Below are positions 31,625 through 41,689 of a stretch of DNA of 64,000 nucleotides, one piece after another (the first letter of the stretch is position 1; each line of letters starts with the position of its first letter). A model generated the notes under the pieces. The model worked only from the letters and a program-made list of their open reading frames with translations, searched no databases and was not told the origin of the DNA. The translations under genes were made by a program, and so were the position numbers. The DNA is taken from the NCBI GenBank assembly GCA_963713045.1, contig CAVQKE010000003.1:928001-992000 (forward strand), in the 5' to 3' direction. Source of the stretch: an uncultured delta proteobacterium (GTDB lineage Bacteria > Myxococcota > Myxococcia > Myxococcales > Myxococcaceae).

Positions 31625-32343
31625 CACTCATGCACGCCGATGCCCTGGTGGCCGCGATGGCTGCCGAGATTCACGACGGCGACGTGGTGGCCACCGGCGT
31701 CGCATCGCCTCTGGCAATTCTCGCCATCGCCGTGGCCAAAGCCACCCACGCTCCGCGACTCACCTACCTAGCCTGCGTCGGAGCGGTCAATCCAGACGTG
31801 CGGCGGCTCCATGCCTCGTCGGAAGACCTGGCGTATCTCGAGCGGCGGCGGGGGGACGTCTCCATCTGTGACCTCTTCGACCATGCCCGCCGCGGCCGCA
31901 TCGACATCATCTTCTTCGGAGCAGCGGAAGTGGACAGCGCCGGTCGCTCCAACATGACTGCGACCGGGTCGCTAAGACGTCCCACGGTCAAGCTTCCGGG
32001 TGTGGCCGGGGCCGCGGCGCTGCGTCGCTGGGTAAAGCGCCCGGTGCTGGTGATGCCGAAGCAGACCAAGCGAAACCTCGTTGCGCGGGTGCAGGTGGCG
32101 TCGACCGTGGATGGCCGTCCCACTTCCCTCTTGACCGACCTGGGCCGCTTTCAGGTGGGCGCCAACGGCGCGAGTCTCCACGCCCATCGCTCCTGGACAA
32201 CGCCTGCCGACATTCTCGAGCGGACCGGGTTTCCTTTCATTCTCGCCGCCGACCTTCGAGCTGAGGCGGCGCCCGGTGCGGCGACGCTGGCGGCAATCGA
32301 CGCACTCGATCCGGACAACTTCCGAGAACGGCTGGTCGGCTGA
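31621..32343 (+). CDS. aibB: 3-methylglutaconyl-CoA decarboxylase subunit B (CoA-transferase fold)
   Basis: GctB-like sequence. YLACVG carries Cys where true CoA-transferases have the catalytic Glu, as in AibB. Confidence 0.88.
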   Translation: MTLMHADALVAAMAAEIHDGDVVATGVASPLAILAIAVAKATHAPRLTYLACVGAVNPDVRRLHASSEDLAYLERRRGDVSICDLFDHARRGRIDIIFFGAAEVDSAGRSNMTATGSLRRPTVKLPGVAGAAALRRWVKRPVLVMPKQTKRNLVARVQVASTVDGRPTSLLTDLGRFQVGANGASLHAHRSWTTPADILERTGFPFILAADLRAEAAPGAATLAAIDALDPDNFRERLVG

Positions 32344-32368
32344 TGACGTCGAGACCTAGGAGAGGCCA

Positions 32369-33409
32369 ATGGATGCGGTAGTGCTGAGGGCCTTTGGCGA
32401 GTCCGGGAATTTGCGTCTCGAATCGGTCCCGGAGCCAACGGTCAATCCGGGCGAGGTCCTCTTGGGCGTCCGCGCCTGTGGCGTCTGCTACCACGACGTC
32501 ATCAACCGTCGCGGGCAGCTTCCCCGGACCAGCGTTCCAGCCATCCTCGGACATGAGGTGGCGGGCGAGGTGGTTGCCATCGGCCCGGGCGTCAGCGGAT
32601 GGCAAGTCGGAGACCGGGCGGCGACGCTGCAGAGACTCTCTTGCGGAAGTTGCCCGACCTGCCTCGGCGGACGTCCCACGCTTTGCAAGAAGGACGCGCG
32701 CTTCTTTGGCGAGGAGATTCCCGGCGGGTATGCGTCGCTGATGGCCGCGCCGGTCGCGGGCCTGGGCCGGGTGCCAAATGGCCTCTCTTGGGAAGCGGCG
32801 GCCACGGCCTGCTGCACCACCGGGACCGCGATCCACGTGCTCCGTACCCGCGGCCGTGTTCGCCCGGGGGAAACCGTGCTGGTGACGGGAGCCAGCGGCG
32901 GCGTCGGTCTGTCCGCGGTGCAGCTCGCCCGCCTCGACGGCGCACGCGTTCTAGCCGTCACCTCCAGCGCATCCAAAGTCGCGGCGCTTGAGGCGGCTGG
33001 GGCGCACGAAGTCATCGTCTCCCCCAACCTGGAGTTCTCTGCCGAGGTCCGGCGGCGAAGTGGCGGAGACGGCGTCAACGTCGTCCTCGAAATCGTCGGT
33101 AGCGCCACCTTTTCCCAGTCGCTGCGCTGCGTGGCGCCAGGCGGACGAGTGGTGGTGGTGGGCAATCTCGTCACGGGCGAAGTCACCCTCAATCCCGGTC
33201 TGGTCATCGTCAAAGAGCTGGAAATTATTGGCGCGTTCGCGACGGACCAAGCAGAACTCGAGGAAGCCCTCAAGCTCACTGCCACCCGGGCCATTCAACC
33301 GTTCATCTCCGAGGCCCTCCCACTTGCTGACGCGGCTGTCGCGCATTCGCGCCTCGAGCGGCGGGGCGTCGCGGGTCGCATCGTACTCGTTCCGCGGGCA
33401 GCCGCATGA
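32369..33409 (+). CDS. aibC: Zn-dependent MDR-family reductase (3,3-dimethylacrylyl-CoA reductase)
   Basis: GVCYHD, GHE, the structural-Zn cysteines CGSCPTC..C and TGASGGVG, in aib operon context. Confidence 0.88.
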   Translation: MDAVVLRAFGESGNLRLESVPEPTVNPGEVLLGVRACGVCYHDVINRRGQLPRTSVPAILGHEVAGEVVAIGPGVSGWQVGDRAATLQRLSCGSCPTCLGGRPTLCKKDARFFGEEIPGGYASLMAAPVAGLGRVPNGLSWEAAATACCTTGTAIHVLRTRGRVRPGETVLVTGASGGVGLSAVQLARLDGARVLAVTSSASKVAALEAAGAHEVIVSPNLEFSAEVRRRSGGDGVNVVLEIVGSATFSQSLRCVAPGGRVVVVGNLVTGEVTLNPGLVIVKELEIIGAFATDQAELEEALKLTATRAIQPFISEALPLADAAVAHSRLERRGVAGRIVLVPRAAA

Positions 33410-33423
33410 GGACTGGTGAAGCC

Positions 33424-34668
33424 ATGAAGCAGCAAGTCGGAATCGAAGCCGTCGCCGTCGCCCTTCCACGTCGCTACATCGACCTCGCCGACCTCGCCCG
33501 GGCCCGAGGTGTCGAGCCGGCCAAGTACACACAAGGCCTCGGAGGCCTGGAGATGTCAGTCGCCGAGCCGGGGGAAGACACCGCCGCGCTGGCCGCCTCG
33601 GCGGTCGCGAAGCTGCTCGCCCACCGAGGGTTGGACCCTGCGCGCATCGGAATGCTGGTCGTCGGGACGGAGACCGGCGTTGACCATTCCAAGGCCGTCG
33701 CGTCCTACGTGCAGGGGATGCTCAGCTTTCCTTCGACCATGCGGACCTTTGACTGCCAACATGCCTGCTACGGCGGCACCGCGGCGCTCAATGCCGTGAG
33801 CGAGTGGATTGCTTCCGGGGCTGGGGCCGGTCGCGTCGGAATTGTCGTCTGCTCGGACATCGCCCGATACGGGCTCAACACCTCGGGCGAGCCGACCCAG
33901 GGTGCCGGCGCCGTGGCCATGCTGGTCTCCGAGGCCCCCGAGCTGCTGGCTCTCGACCTGGGTGTGAGTGGGACCTGCAGCATGGACGTGCACGACTTCT
34001 GGCGCCCGCTCGGTCGGCGGGAAGCTGTGGTCGATGGGCACTACTCCATTCACTGTTACCTAGAGGCAGTCTCGGGAAGCTACCGGGGCTGGCGCGGACG
34101 GGCCGTGGGCCGGGACCTCATCCGCTCGGATGACGTTCCCTCCGAGCAGCTGGCGCGAATTGCCTACCACGTCCCGTTCTGCAAGATGGCGAAGAAGGCA
34201 CACGCCCAGCTTCGCCGTTGCGACCTCGAAGACCGAGCGGGGAAACCCCTGGATGCTGCCGCCGAGGCCGAGGAGACGCCGCGGGCAGCTGCCAGCTTCG
34301 AACGGCAAGTCGCGCCTTCGCTTGGGCTCTCGGCTCGCATCGGCAACATTTACACTGGCTCGCTCTACCTCAGCCTGGCCAGCCTGCTGGTCAAGGAGGC
34401 CAACCTGCTGGGTGGAAAGCGCGTCGGGCTCTTCAGCTACGGCAGCGGATGCGTCAGTGAGTTCTTCTCGGGGGTGGTGGGGCCACGCGCTGCCGCCGCC
34501 ATCGCCGGGCTCGACCGTGTGCTGGCCGAGCGGGAGCAGATTGGAATTGAGGAATACACTCGCATTCTCGAGCTCCCCGCGGACCGTCCGTTGGGCACGC
34601 CCCCCCCGGCGGGCGCTTTCCGCTATGCCGGGACGGTGGACTTCCGCCGCAGGTACGTCCGCGGCTGA
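33424..34668 (+). CDS. mvaS: Hydroxymethylglutaryl-CoA synthase
   Basis: VGTET, HACYGGT (catalytic Cys), GEPTQGAGA, DFWRP, HVPF.KM, GNIYTGS and FSYGSG. Alternative start at 33406. Confidence 0.95.
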   Translation: MKQQVGIEAVAVALPRRYIDLADLARARGVEPAKYTQGLGGLEMSVAEPGEDTAALAASAVAKLLAHRGLDPARIGMLVVGTETGVDHSKAVASYVQGMLSFPSTMRTFDCQHACYGGTAALNAVSEWIASGAGAGRVGIVVCSDIARYGLNTSGEPTQGAGAVAMLVSEAPELLALDLGVSGTCSMDVHDFWRPLGRREAVVDGHYSIHCYLEAVSGSYRGWRGRAVGRDLIRSDDVPSEQLARIAYHVPFCKMAKKAHAQLRRCDLEDRAGKPLDAAAEAEETPRAAASFERQVAPSLGLSARIGNIYTGSLYLSLASLLVKEANLLGGKRVGLFSYGSGCVSEFFSGVVGPRAAAAIAGLDRVLAEREQIGIEEYTRILELPADRPLGTPPPAGAFRYAGTVDFRRRYVRG

Positions 34669-34711
34669 CCGCTGGCGCTTCGCGGGGCGTGCGCGTAGCG
34701 TCCCCGCCACA

Positions 34712-35011
34712 ATGACAACGCCAGCCGAACCCAAGGTACTTCCAGGTCTCGAAGGCGCCACGGCCACTCCGCCCGACCGGGTCCCCGCCCGGACGCGCGA
34801 GGGACGCATCACCCTCTCCGCCTGGAGAATGAACATCGCCACACCGAAGGGCGCCGGTAGCATCATGTTGGTCGAGACCAATGTCGGCGCGGTCTTCCGG
34901 GGAGAGGGCGTCTTCCTTGGCTGGCCTCAGGAGACGCTGGCTGCCGCCTACCGGTCGCTCGTCCCGAAGACAAGTGCGGACCTGGCCGCCAACCACCCGC
35001 AGCTCGGCTGA
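34712..35011 (+). CDS. Small hypothetical protein
   Basis: ATG after the mvaS stop; 99-aa ORF (..FRGEGVFLGWPQETLAAAY..) that fills the gap before fdhE. Confidence 0.55.
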   Translation: MTTPAEPKVLPGLEGATATPPDRVPARTREGRITLSAWRMNIATPKGAGSIMLVETNVGAVFRGEGVFLGWPQETLAAAYRSLVPKTSADLAANHPQLG

Positions 35012-35014
35012 AAG

Positions 35015-35824
35015 CTAGACCCCCGCCAACCCGGGCTCGATGCGAGCGAAGCCTTGCTCGACCGCCCACAGGTCCAGCCCCACCGAAACCAGGTCGTCCA
35101 CTTCTGGGATGGCATTGCCGTCCACGGTGAGGTCGACCGACTTCAGGTAACGGTGGCAGACGTCGCAAGCCTCAATCCGAGCTGCCGGGTACCGTTCCGT
35201 GCTGAAGGCAGGAAGTCGGTCGGGATTTTCCTCTCCGCACGCGGGACAGAAAATTCGGTTCACCACCCATTCGCTTCCGCACAAAGCACAGATGAGCGAG
35301 CGTTGCGCCCCGTGGCTGCCTGGAAGCGGCCGACGCGCTGCAACCCACGGCTGGCCACCACAGTGGGGACAAACCCGTACGGACTTCGCCCGCTCGACTG
35401 GCACTTGGTTGCGGACCAGGACCTCGACGTAGGGACGGAGCGCCGCACGGGAGAGGAAGTCCTCCCGTTCGTCCCGGGTGCCATTCCAGTAGACGCTGAG
35501 GCGCGCTTGGGCGACCTCTGGAGTTTCCGCCGAGCGTTCCCGGGCGACCTCTGCAAGCACCGGAGGCGCCTCCTCGGCGGCGTGCTGGTGCACCGCTCGG
35601 AGAGGCGCCACCAACCGCGTCGCATCCGCATCGAAGTGGCCAGTGAATGGACAACTGGCATGCAGAGCCTGGATGGCGGACGCGACTTCGCCCTGGACCC
35701 GGTACAGGCCGGCGGCGAAGCGCAATGGCTCAGCGGCTACGCTGCTCTCGCGCGCGAGTGTCTCGGCGCGGTCGGCAGCGCGACGGAAGGAAACGCTGAC
35801 CGGGGACTTACTTTCGCTGGTCAC
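35015..35824 (-). CDS. fdhE: Formate dehydrogenase accessory protein FdhE
   Basis: Four CxxC pairs (CPHC, CALC, CPAC, CDVC), YLK and DDL.S..LD. Last gene of the fdn operon. Confidence 0.93.
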   Translation of the reverse strand: MTSESKSPVSVSFRRAADRAETLARESSVAAEPLRFAAGLYRVQGEVASAIQALHASCPFTGHFDADATRLVAPLRAVHQHAAEEAPPVLAEVARERSAETPEVAQARLSVYWNGTRDEREDFLSRAALRPYVEVLVRNQVPVERAKSVRVCPHCGGQPWVAARRPLPGSHGAQRSLICALCGSEWVVNRIFCPACGEENPDRLPAFSTERYPAARIEACDVCHRYLKSVDLTVDGNAIPEVDDLVSVGLDLWAVEQGFARIEPGLAGV

Positions 35825-36509
35825 CCGTCACGTCGCGGTACCAACGGGGGTGGTGAAGCTTCGCCCAAGCCTTGCTCACGGTTCCGTCCAGCATGGATTC
35901 GAAGGTGCCTGGCTCGGCAATGGCCAAGTAGACGTGTCCCATGATGAGAAGGAAGAAGGCGATGAAGGCAGCGTCGTGGAGTACCCACGACAGCTCGCGC
36001 AGGCCCGCCGGCATGACGGTTGGGAACCAGAGCACCAGGCCTGAGAGGAAAAGCGCCAAGCCGCCGAGCAGCGCTAACCAGAAAAGCGCCTTCTGGCCGC
36101 CGTTGTACTTGCCCGTTTCAGGATCGGTCGACTGAAAGCTCATGTACTTGGCGAAGTAGGAGGGGCTGAGCCACTCTTTGTCTCTGGCCGACATGACCAT
36201 CTGGGTCCACCAGGCGGCTGCCATCCACAACAGACCGACCGAGAAGAGCACGCCAAAGAGGGGGTGAAGCCAGCGGCAGACCGCCAACCCACCGAAGAGG
36301 GGCGCCATCCAGCCGAAGATGGGCGTCCAGATGGGCATCCCCGTCAGGCAGCAGAGGATGAAGCTGGTGCCGACCAGCCAGTGCATGGCGCGGGTGGCGA
36401 GGGTGTGGCGGACAATGCGGTTGCCGACTTCCACGTCCTCGACGGAGCGAGCGACGGCAATGGCCGGGTCAGCATGTCCGACATTCGGTGGCGAGACGAC
36501 GTTGGCCAT
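35808..36509 (-). CDS. fdnI: Formate dehydrogenase subunit gamma (cytochrome b556)
   Basis: Four TM helices with heme His ligands (RAMHW, RWLHP, VLHD, GHVY), KYNGGQK and WAKLHHPRW. ATG at 36509. Confidence 0.93.
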   Translation of the reverse strand: MANVVSPPNVGHADPAIAVARSVEDVEVGNRIVRHTLATRAMHWLVGTSFILCCLTGMPIWTPIFGWMAPLFGGLAVCRWLHPLFGVLFSVGLLWMAAAWWTQMVMSARDKEWLSPSYFAKYMSFQSTDPETGKYNGGQKALFWLALLGGLALFLSGLVLWFPTVMPAGLRELSWVLHDAAFIAFFLLIMGHVYLAIAEPGTFESMLDGTVSKAWAKLHHPRWYRDVTGDQRK

Positions 36510-36511
36510 GG

Positions 36512-37387
36512 TCAGCCTCCCCCCGGGGGGGGGTTGTCGGTGGGGACCTTCTTTGGACCAATCCGGATGTAGTGGGTGAAGAGTCCGACCAGGGTCGCTC
36601 CGATGGCGAAAATTCCGAGCGGCTTGAGGATACGCTTGGTCAGCCCGACCACCCGCGGTACGTGCGGGTCTTTGGGAAGGCCATAGAGTTCCGGCTGGTC
36701 GCCGAAGGCCAGCACGGTCACCACCCCAGTGCCCCCGACGCCGGGCGGGTCGTACAGCATGGCATTGGCGAACCCGTTGGCCTGAAGCTGTTTCACCCGG
36801 GCGTTGCCCAGCTCCACCATGTCTTCCTTGCTGCCAAAGTGAAGGCAGCCGGTTGGGCAGGCCTTGATGCAGGCCGGCTCCAGTCCCGAGTCCACCCGGT
36901 CCACGCACAGCGTGCACTTCGCCATCTTCCCGGTGCTGGCCGAGAAGCGGGGCACATCGAAGGGGCAACCGGTCTCGCACAGGCCACAGCCGATGCAATT
37001 CTCAACGTTCACATCGACGATGCCGTTGGCGTACTGGACGATGGCGCCAGGCGCTGGGCAGGCCTCGAGGCAGCCCGGGTCGGCGCAGTGCATGCACTGG
37101 TCCTTGCGCATTAGCCAGGCAAGTCCGCCTTCAAATTCGTGCTCATTGAAGCGAATGAGATTCCAAAAGTCGGCCTGCATCGTGGGCAACGTTTGGTAGG
37201 AGCCCTCTTGGCGAGTAGGAACGACCGGCAGGTCGTTCCACTCCTGGCAGGCAACCTCGCAGGCCTTGCAGCCGATGCAGGTGCTGGTGTCGATGTATTT
37301 GGACACCTTGGTGAGTGTGCGTAGCCCGGTGGATTGTCCTCGGAGCGAGGCGGAGGATTGGAGGATTTCTAGGCCTTGGATGGGCAT
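36512..37387 (-). CDS. fdnH: Formate dehydrogenase subunit beta (4x[4Fe-4S])
   Basis: CIGCKACEVAC, CMHCADPGC, CIGCGLC..GCP, KCTLC and a C-terminal TM anchor. Confidence 0.95.
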   Translation of the reverse strand: MPIQGLEILQSSASLRGQSTGLRTLTKVSKYIDTSTCIGCKACEVACQEWNDLPVVPTRQEGSYQTLPTMQADFWNLIRFNEHEFEGGLAWLMRKDQCMHCADPGCLEACPAPGAIVQYANGIVDVNVENCIGCGLCETGCPFDVPRFSASTGKMAKCTLCVDRVDSGLEPACIKACPTGCLHFGSKEDMVELGNARVKQLQANGFANAMLYDPPGVGGTGVVTVLAFGDQPELYGLPKDPHVPRVVGLTKRILKPLGIFAIGATLVGLFTHYIRIGPKKVPTDNPPPGGG

Positions 37388-37398
37388 GGTCGTCCTCC

Positions 37399-40300
37399 TT
37401 AGGTGTTGCTGAGAGGCTGGCCCTTCTCAATCCGCACCAGGAACGTCTTGTACTCCGGCGTCCAGGTGTTGGCGTCCATCGCCGACGGCGTCAGCATGTT
37501 GGCCAGAGGGCCGGTGTGGCCTTTGTCCCCGGTGTATCCCCAGTGAAGGGGAATGCCCACGTGCCAGAGGGGTTTTCCGTCGACCATCATCGGGAAGAGG
37601 CGCTTGGTCACCATGGCGACGCCCTGGACCGCGCCGCGCGCGGAGATGAGCCGCACTTGTGAGCCGTTGGCGATGCCGTTTTCACGAGCGAGTTGCTCGG
37701 GGATTTCGATGAAGAAGCCCGGTTGCAGCTGGTTGAGTACCTCGGTGTGTTTGGTCCAATAGTGGTACATCTCGGTCAATCGGTACGTGGAGCAGACAAT
37801 GGGGTAATCAGCGGCCGTGCCGTACTTGTCCAAGGCGGTCGAGAAGCGTCGACTCGCCGGGTTGGACGTCACCTTGGGGTGAAGCGGATTGGGAATGGCC
37901 GCCTCAATCGCCTCGTAATGTTCTGCGAACGGGCCGTCGTTGAGGACGGGAGCAAAAAGCCGTCCTGCACCTTCCGGCAGCATGATGAAGGCACCAAACT
38001 TTCCAGGCGGTGCATCGGGCGCCATGTCCGGAACGTCGGGACCAATCCATTTTTCGCCGTTCCACTGGATGCCAGGACGGGTGGGGTCCCAAGGCTTCCC
38101 GGCGGCGTCGGCCGAAGCGCGGTTGTACATGACACGCCGATTGGCTGGCCAGCTGAACGTCCACTGATGGTACATGCCGAGTCCGCTCGGGTCGGCCGTA
38201 CTGCGACGCTGAGCATTGTTGCCGGCCTCGGTGTAGACCCCCGTGTAAAGCCAAAGTCCACAGCTGGTCGAACCGTCGGCGCGCAGTTGCCCGAACGAGT
38301 CGAGTTGCTGCCCGGCAGCCTTCAGAAGCTTCTTCGGCTCCTTCGGGTCCTTGGGGTCCTTGGGAGGTTCGTAGAGATCGACTAGGGCCTTGCCGTTAAT
38401 CTCCTTGAGAACCTCTCCCAAGTCCGGAGCCAAGGGATTGGTGTAGTTCCAAGAGATGTTGAGGACCGCCTCCGGGAGGGCGCCGCCTTCCTTCCGGTAG
38501 AGTTCCCTGACGGCCATGAAAATCCGGGCGAGAATCTCTTGGTCGGACTTGACCAGTCCGGGAGGGTCAAGCGCCTTCCACTTCCATTGAACCCAGCGGG
38601 CGGAGTTGGTGAAGCTTCCATCCTTCTCCGCAAAGCCCGAGGCGGGAAGCTGGAAGACTTCGGTCTGAATCTCAGCGGGCGGCGGCCCGCCGTACTCTTT
38701 AGGCGCCTTCCAGAAAGTGGCGGTCTCAATCTCATAATTCTCGAAGACCACCAGCCACTTCAACTTCGCGAGAGAGTTGATCATCTTTGGCGCATTGGGA
38801 CCAATTCCCGCGGGGTTCATTCCGGCGGTGATGAGGCCCTGCGGACCAGATTCCACGCCGCCCGCCCGGGTGGAGCTACCCCGGTACATCTCGTCAAAGA
38901 GATACATCCACGAATAGTTCCCATCCGTCTTCGGAAGCCACGAGTAGCCGAAGTCATTCTCTGGCGTGGCGGATTTGCCGTAGAAGCTCTTCAAGAGAGA
39001 AACCATGAACTTCGGGTAGTTCTGCCAGTAGTTCATCGACGGCCAGGGCTCGTTGTTGAGCGTCTTGGGGGGCACCTTGTCCAAGTACGTGGCCAGGTCC
39101 ACGAGCTCACTGCGGGGCGTCGCCAGATAGCCCGATAAAATCTCGAATGTCCCTCCCAAGTCGGTGGCGCCCTGAATGTTGGAATGGCCGCGAAGCGCAT
39201 TGACGCCTCCACCCGGCCTTCCGACATTCCCCAGCAGCAGCTGAAGTGTTGCCGCAGCGCGAATCATCTGGACGCCGACCGAATGCTGGGTCCAACCGAG
39301 CGCGTAAGTGACGGTCCCCACTCGGTTGTCGGGGTAACTCGAGGTCACGACCTTCGCGACCTCGAGGAACTTGTCCTTCGGAGTCCCGGTGACCCGCTCC
39401 ACCATCTCCGGCGTGTAACGTTCGACGTGCTTCTTCAACAGCTGGAAGACGCAGCGCGGATTCTGCAGTGTGAGGTCGAGCTCGTAGCTCTTCGTGGACG
39501 GGTCGGCCTGGTAGGCCCATGCGGTCTTGTCGTAACTCTTCGAAGCCTCATCCCAGCCACTAAACAACCCGCCGTCGAAACCGAACTTGTCATTGATGAT
39601 GTAGGGAGCGTTGGTAAACAGCTTGATGTACTCCTCGGCGAAACGCTTGGTCTCGATGGCGTAGCGGATGATGCCATTGAGGAAAGCGATGTCCGAGCCA
39701 GGCCGGAGCTGCGCATAGAGGTCCGCGACCGCTGCCGTTCGCGTGAAGCGCGGATCGACGACCACCAGTTTGGCGTTCCGGGTCTTCTTCGCTTCGATTG
39801 CCCATTTGAATCCGCAGGGATGGTTCTCAGCGGGATTGCCGCCCATGGCAAGGATGACATCCGCATTCTTGATGTCGACCCACCCATTGGTCATCGCCCC
39901 GCGACCGAATGTGGCGGCCAAACTGGCCACCGTTGGACCGTGTCATACTCGAGCTTGACTGTCGCGATAGACGACGCCCAGCCCTTCGATGAATTTGTCC
40001 TGCAGGAAATTAAACTCATTGGTGTCAGTGCAGCCGCCAATCACAGCGATGCCGGGCGTGCGGTTGACCACCTGACCTCTCGCGTTCTTCGCGACGAAGG
40101 TGCGGTCGCGTGTGTCCTTGATGTGACGAGCAATTTTGGAAATGGCCTCGTCCCAGGAAACTTCCTCCCAATGGTCGGAACCCGGGCGGCGGATTTTCGG
40201 CACCGTCAGGCGATTGGGGTTGCTGATGTCGTCCTTGAGCGTCGAGCCTTTGGGGCACAGCGTGCCGCGGTTGATGGGATGGTCGGGGTCCCCCTCGACA

Positions 40301-40518
40301 TGCACCACCGACGGGGTGACATTTTTCGCCTTGTCGCCGAGCGTATGAATGATGACGCCGCAAGAGACCGCGCAGTAGGGGCAGGTGCTTCGGGTTTCGG
40401 TCGTCCTGTCAATCTTCAGCAGCCGCAACTCGGCTCGCGCCTTGGACAAGTCAAAGAAGGCCAAGCCGACACCGACAGCTGCAGTTCCCTTGAGAAACGC
40501 GCGGCGTTGCATCTGCAT
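37399..40518 (-). CDS. fdnG: Formate dehydrogenase-N/O alpha subunit, selenocysteine-containing (U192), Tat-exported
   Basis: Joins two track ORFs across the in-frame TGA at 39943-39945 (QARV-U-HGPTVASLAATFGRGAMTN). Tat signal QRRAFLK, Fe-S motif CPYCAVSC..LCPKG, and a GGAGG RBS before ATG 40518. 1039 aa. Confidence 0.95.
39913..39931 (-). promoter_or_regulatory. Bacterial SECIS element of fdnG
   Basis: Hairpin GGUGGCCA-GUU-UGGCCGCC starting 11 nt 3' of the UGA, with a G-containing apical loop. Confidence 0.85.
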
Positions 40519-40551
40519 CGCAAACCTCCAGGTGTCAGCCGGGACCTCCGG

Positions 40552-40580
40552 AGACTGAAACCGCGAAGCGAAGGTGTCAA
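40552..40580 (-). promoter_or_regulatory. Putative sigma70-type promoter of the fdn operon
   Basis: TTGACA (40580-40575), a 17-nt spacer and CAGTCT (40557-40552), between mrp and fdnG. Confidence 0.5.
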
Positions 40581-40618
40581 GCGATGCCACGCCCAGCTTC
40601 CGCATTTGCCGCTCTGCG

Positions 40619-41689
40619 TCATGCGCCGAGTGCAGCTGCGACGGCGCGCGCAGCGGCGACAAACGCCTGCGCCGCTGCTGACTCCGGCTCCAGCTCCACA
40701 ATCGGCGTGCCAGCGTCCCCCCCTTCGACGATGCGCGGGTGCAGGGGAACCTCCCCAAGAAATGGAATTCCCAGCTGCTCGGCAGTGGTGCGGCCTCCGC
40801 CATGTTTAAAGGGATGGTCGACGTGGCCACAGGCCGGGCAGACGTAGGAGGCCATGTTTTCCACCAGCCCGAGAACCCGCACGTCCACCTTTCGAAACAT
40901 GGCCAGCCCCTTCCGGGCGTCCACCAGCGCCACGTCCTGCGGCGTCGTCACGATGACGGCTCCAGACAGAGCTGTCTTCTGGCTGAGCGTCAACTGGACG
41001 TCGCCGGTGCCCGGGGGGAGGTCGGCGAGGAGGAAGTCGAGCACTCCCCATCGCACTCCAGTCAGCAGTTGCTCCACGGCCTTCATCACCATTGGTCCAC
41101 GCCAGACCGCCGGTTGGTCGGCGCCCATCAATGCCCCAAGCGTCGCGACTCGCACCTGGTGTCGTCGCTGGGGCTGGAGCAGGCTGTCTTCGGCATCGAC
41201 AAAAGGCTTGTCGGCGATGCCCATCATCATCTGCTGGGAGGGACCATAAATGTCGAGGTCCATGAGGCCCACCTTGTAGCCGAGCCGGGCGAGGGCCACC
41301 GCGAGATTGGCGGTGACCGTCGACTTCCCCACACCTCCTTTGCCGGAGGCGATGGCGACCTTAAAGCGGATTTGCGCCAGTCGGGCCTGCGCCGCAGCGT
41401 CTACCGGGCTCGGCGCCGGCACCGGCATCCGGGCCCGAACCCGCGGAATGAGGTCCACCTGAATCGTCAGCTGGTGGGGAACGACCAGCGGTAGAAGTTT
41501 CCTCTCGCATTCGCCTCGGATGACGTTGGCTGCATGCTGGGCATCGGCGCTCAGCTCTAAGCGAAAGCGCACGTCGCCTTCGACCACGGTGAGGTCCTTC
41601 ACGAAGCCAATGCCCACAATGTCTCGGCTTAGTCCCGGGAAGAGCACCGTCTTCAGGACCTCGGTGACCTGGTCTTCGGAAAGAGCCAT
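40619..41689 (-). CDS. apbC: Mrp/ApbC (NBP35) Fe-S cluster carrier ATPase
   Basis: N-terminal DUF59-like domain, SGKGGVGKST, DIYGPS, WRGPM, DLPPGTGD and ENMA..CPAC. Confidence 0.93.
   Translation of the reverse strand: MALSEDQVTEVLKTVLFPGLSRDIVGIGFVKDLTVVEGDVRFRLELSADAQHAANVIRGECERKLLPLVVPHQLTIQVDLIPRVRARMPVPAPSPVDAAAQARLAQIRFKVAIASGKGGVGKSTVTANLAVALARLGYKVGLMDLDIYGPSQQMMMGIADKPFVDAEDSLLQPQRRHQVRVATLGALMGADQPAVWRGPMVMKAVEQLLTGVRWGVLDFLLADLPPGTGDVQLTLSQKTALSGAVIVTTPQDVALVDARKGLAMFRKVDVRVLGLVENMASYVCPACGHVDHPFKHGGGRTTAEQLGIPFLGEVPLHPRIVEGGDAGTPIVELEPESAAAQAFVAAARAVAAALGA

Noticed and set aside
39943..39945. Apparent nonsense mutation or pseudogene in the FDH alpha subunit
   Set aside because: The TGA sits at the conserved Sec position and has a SECIS 11 nt downstream, so it is recoding.
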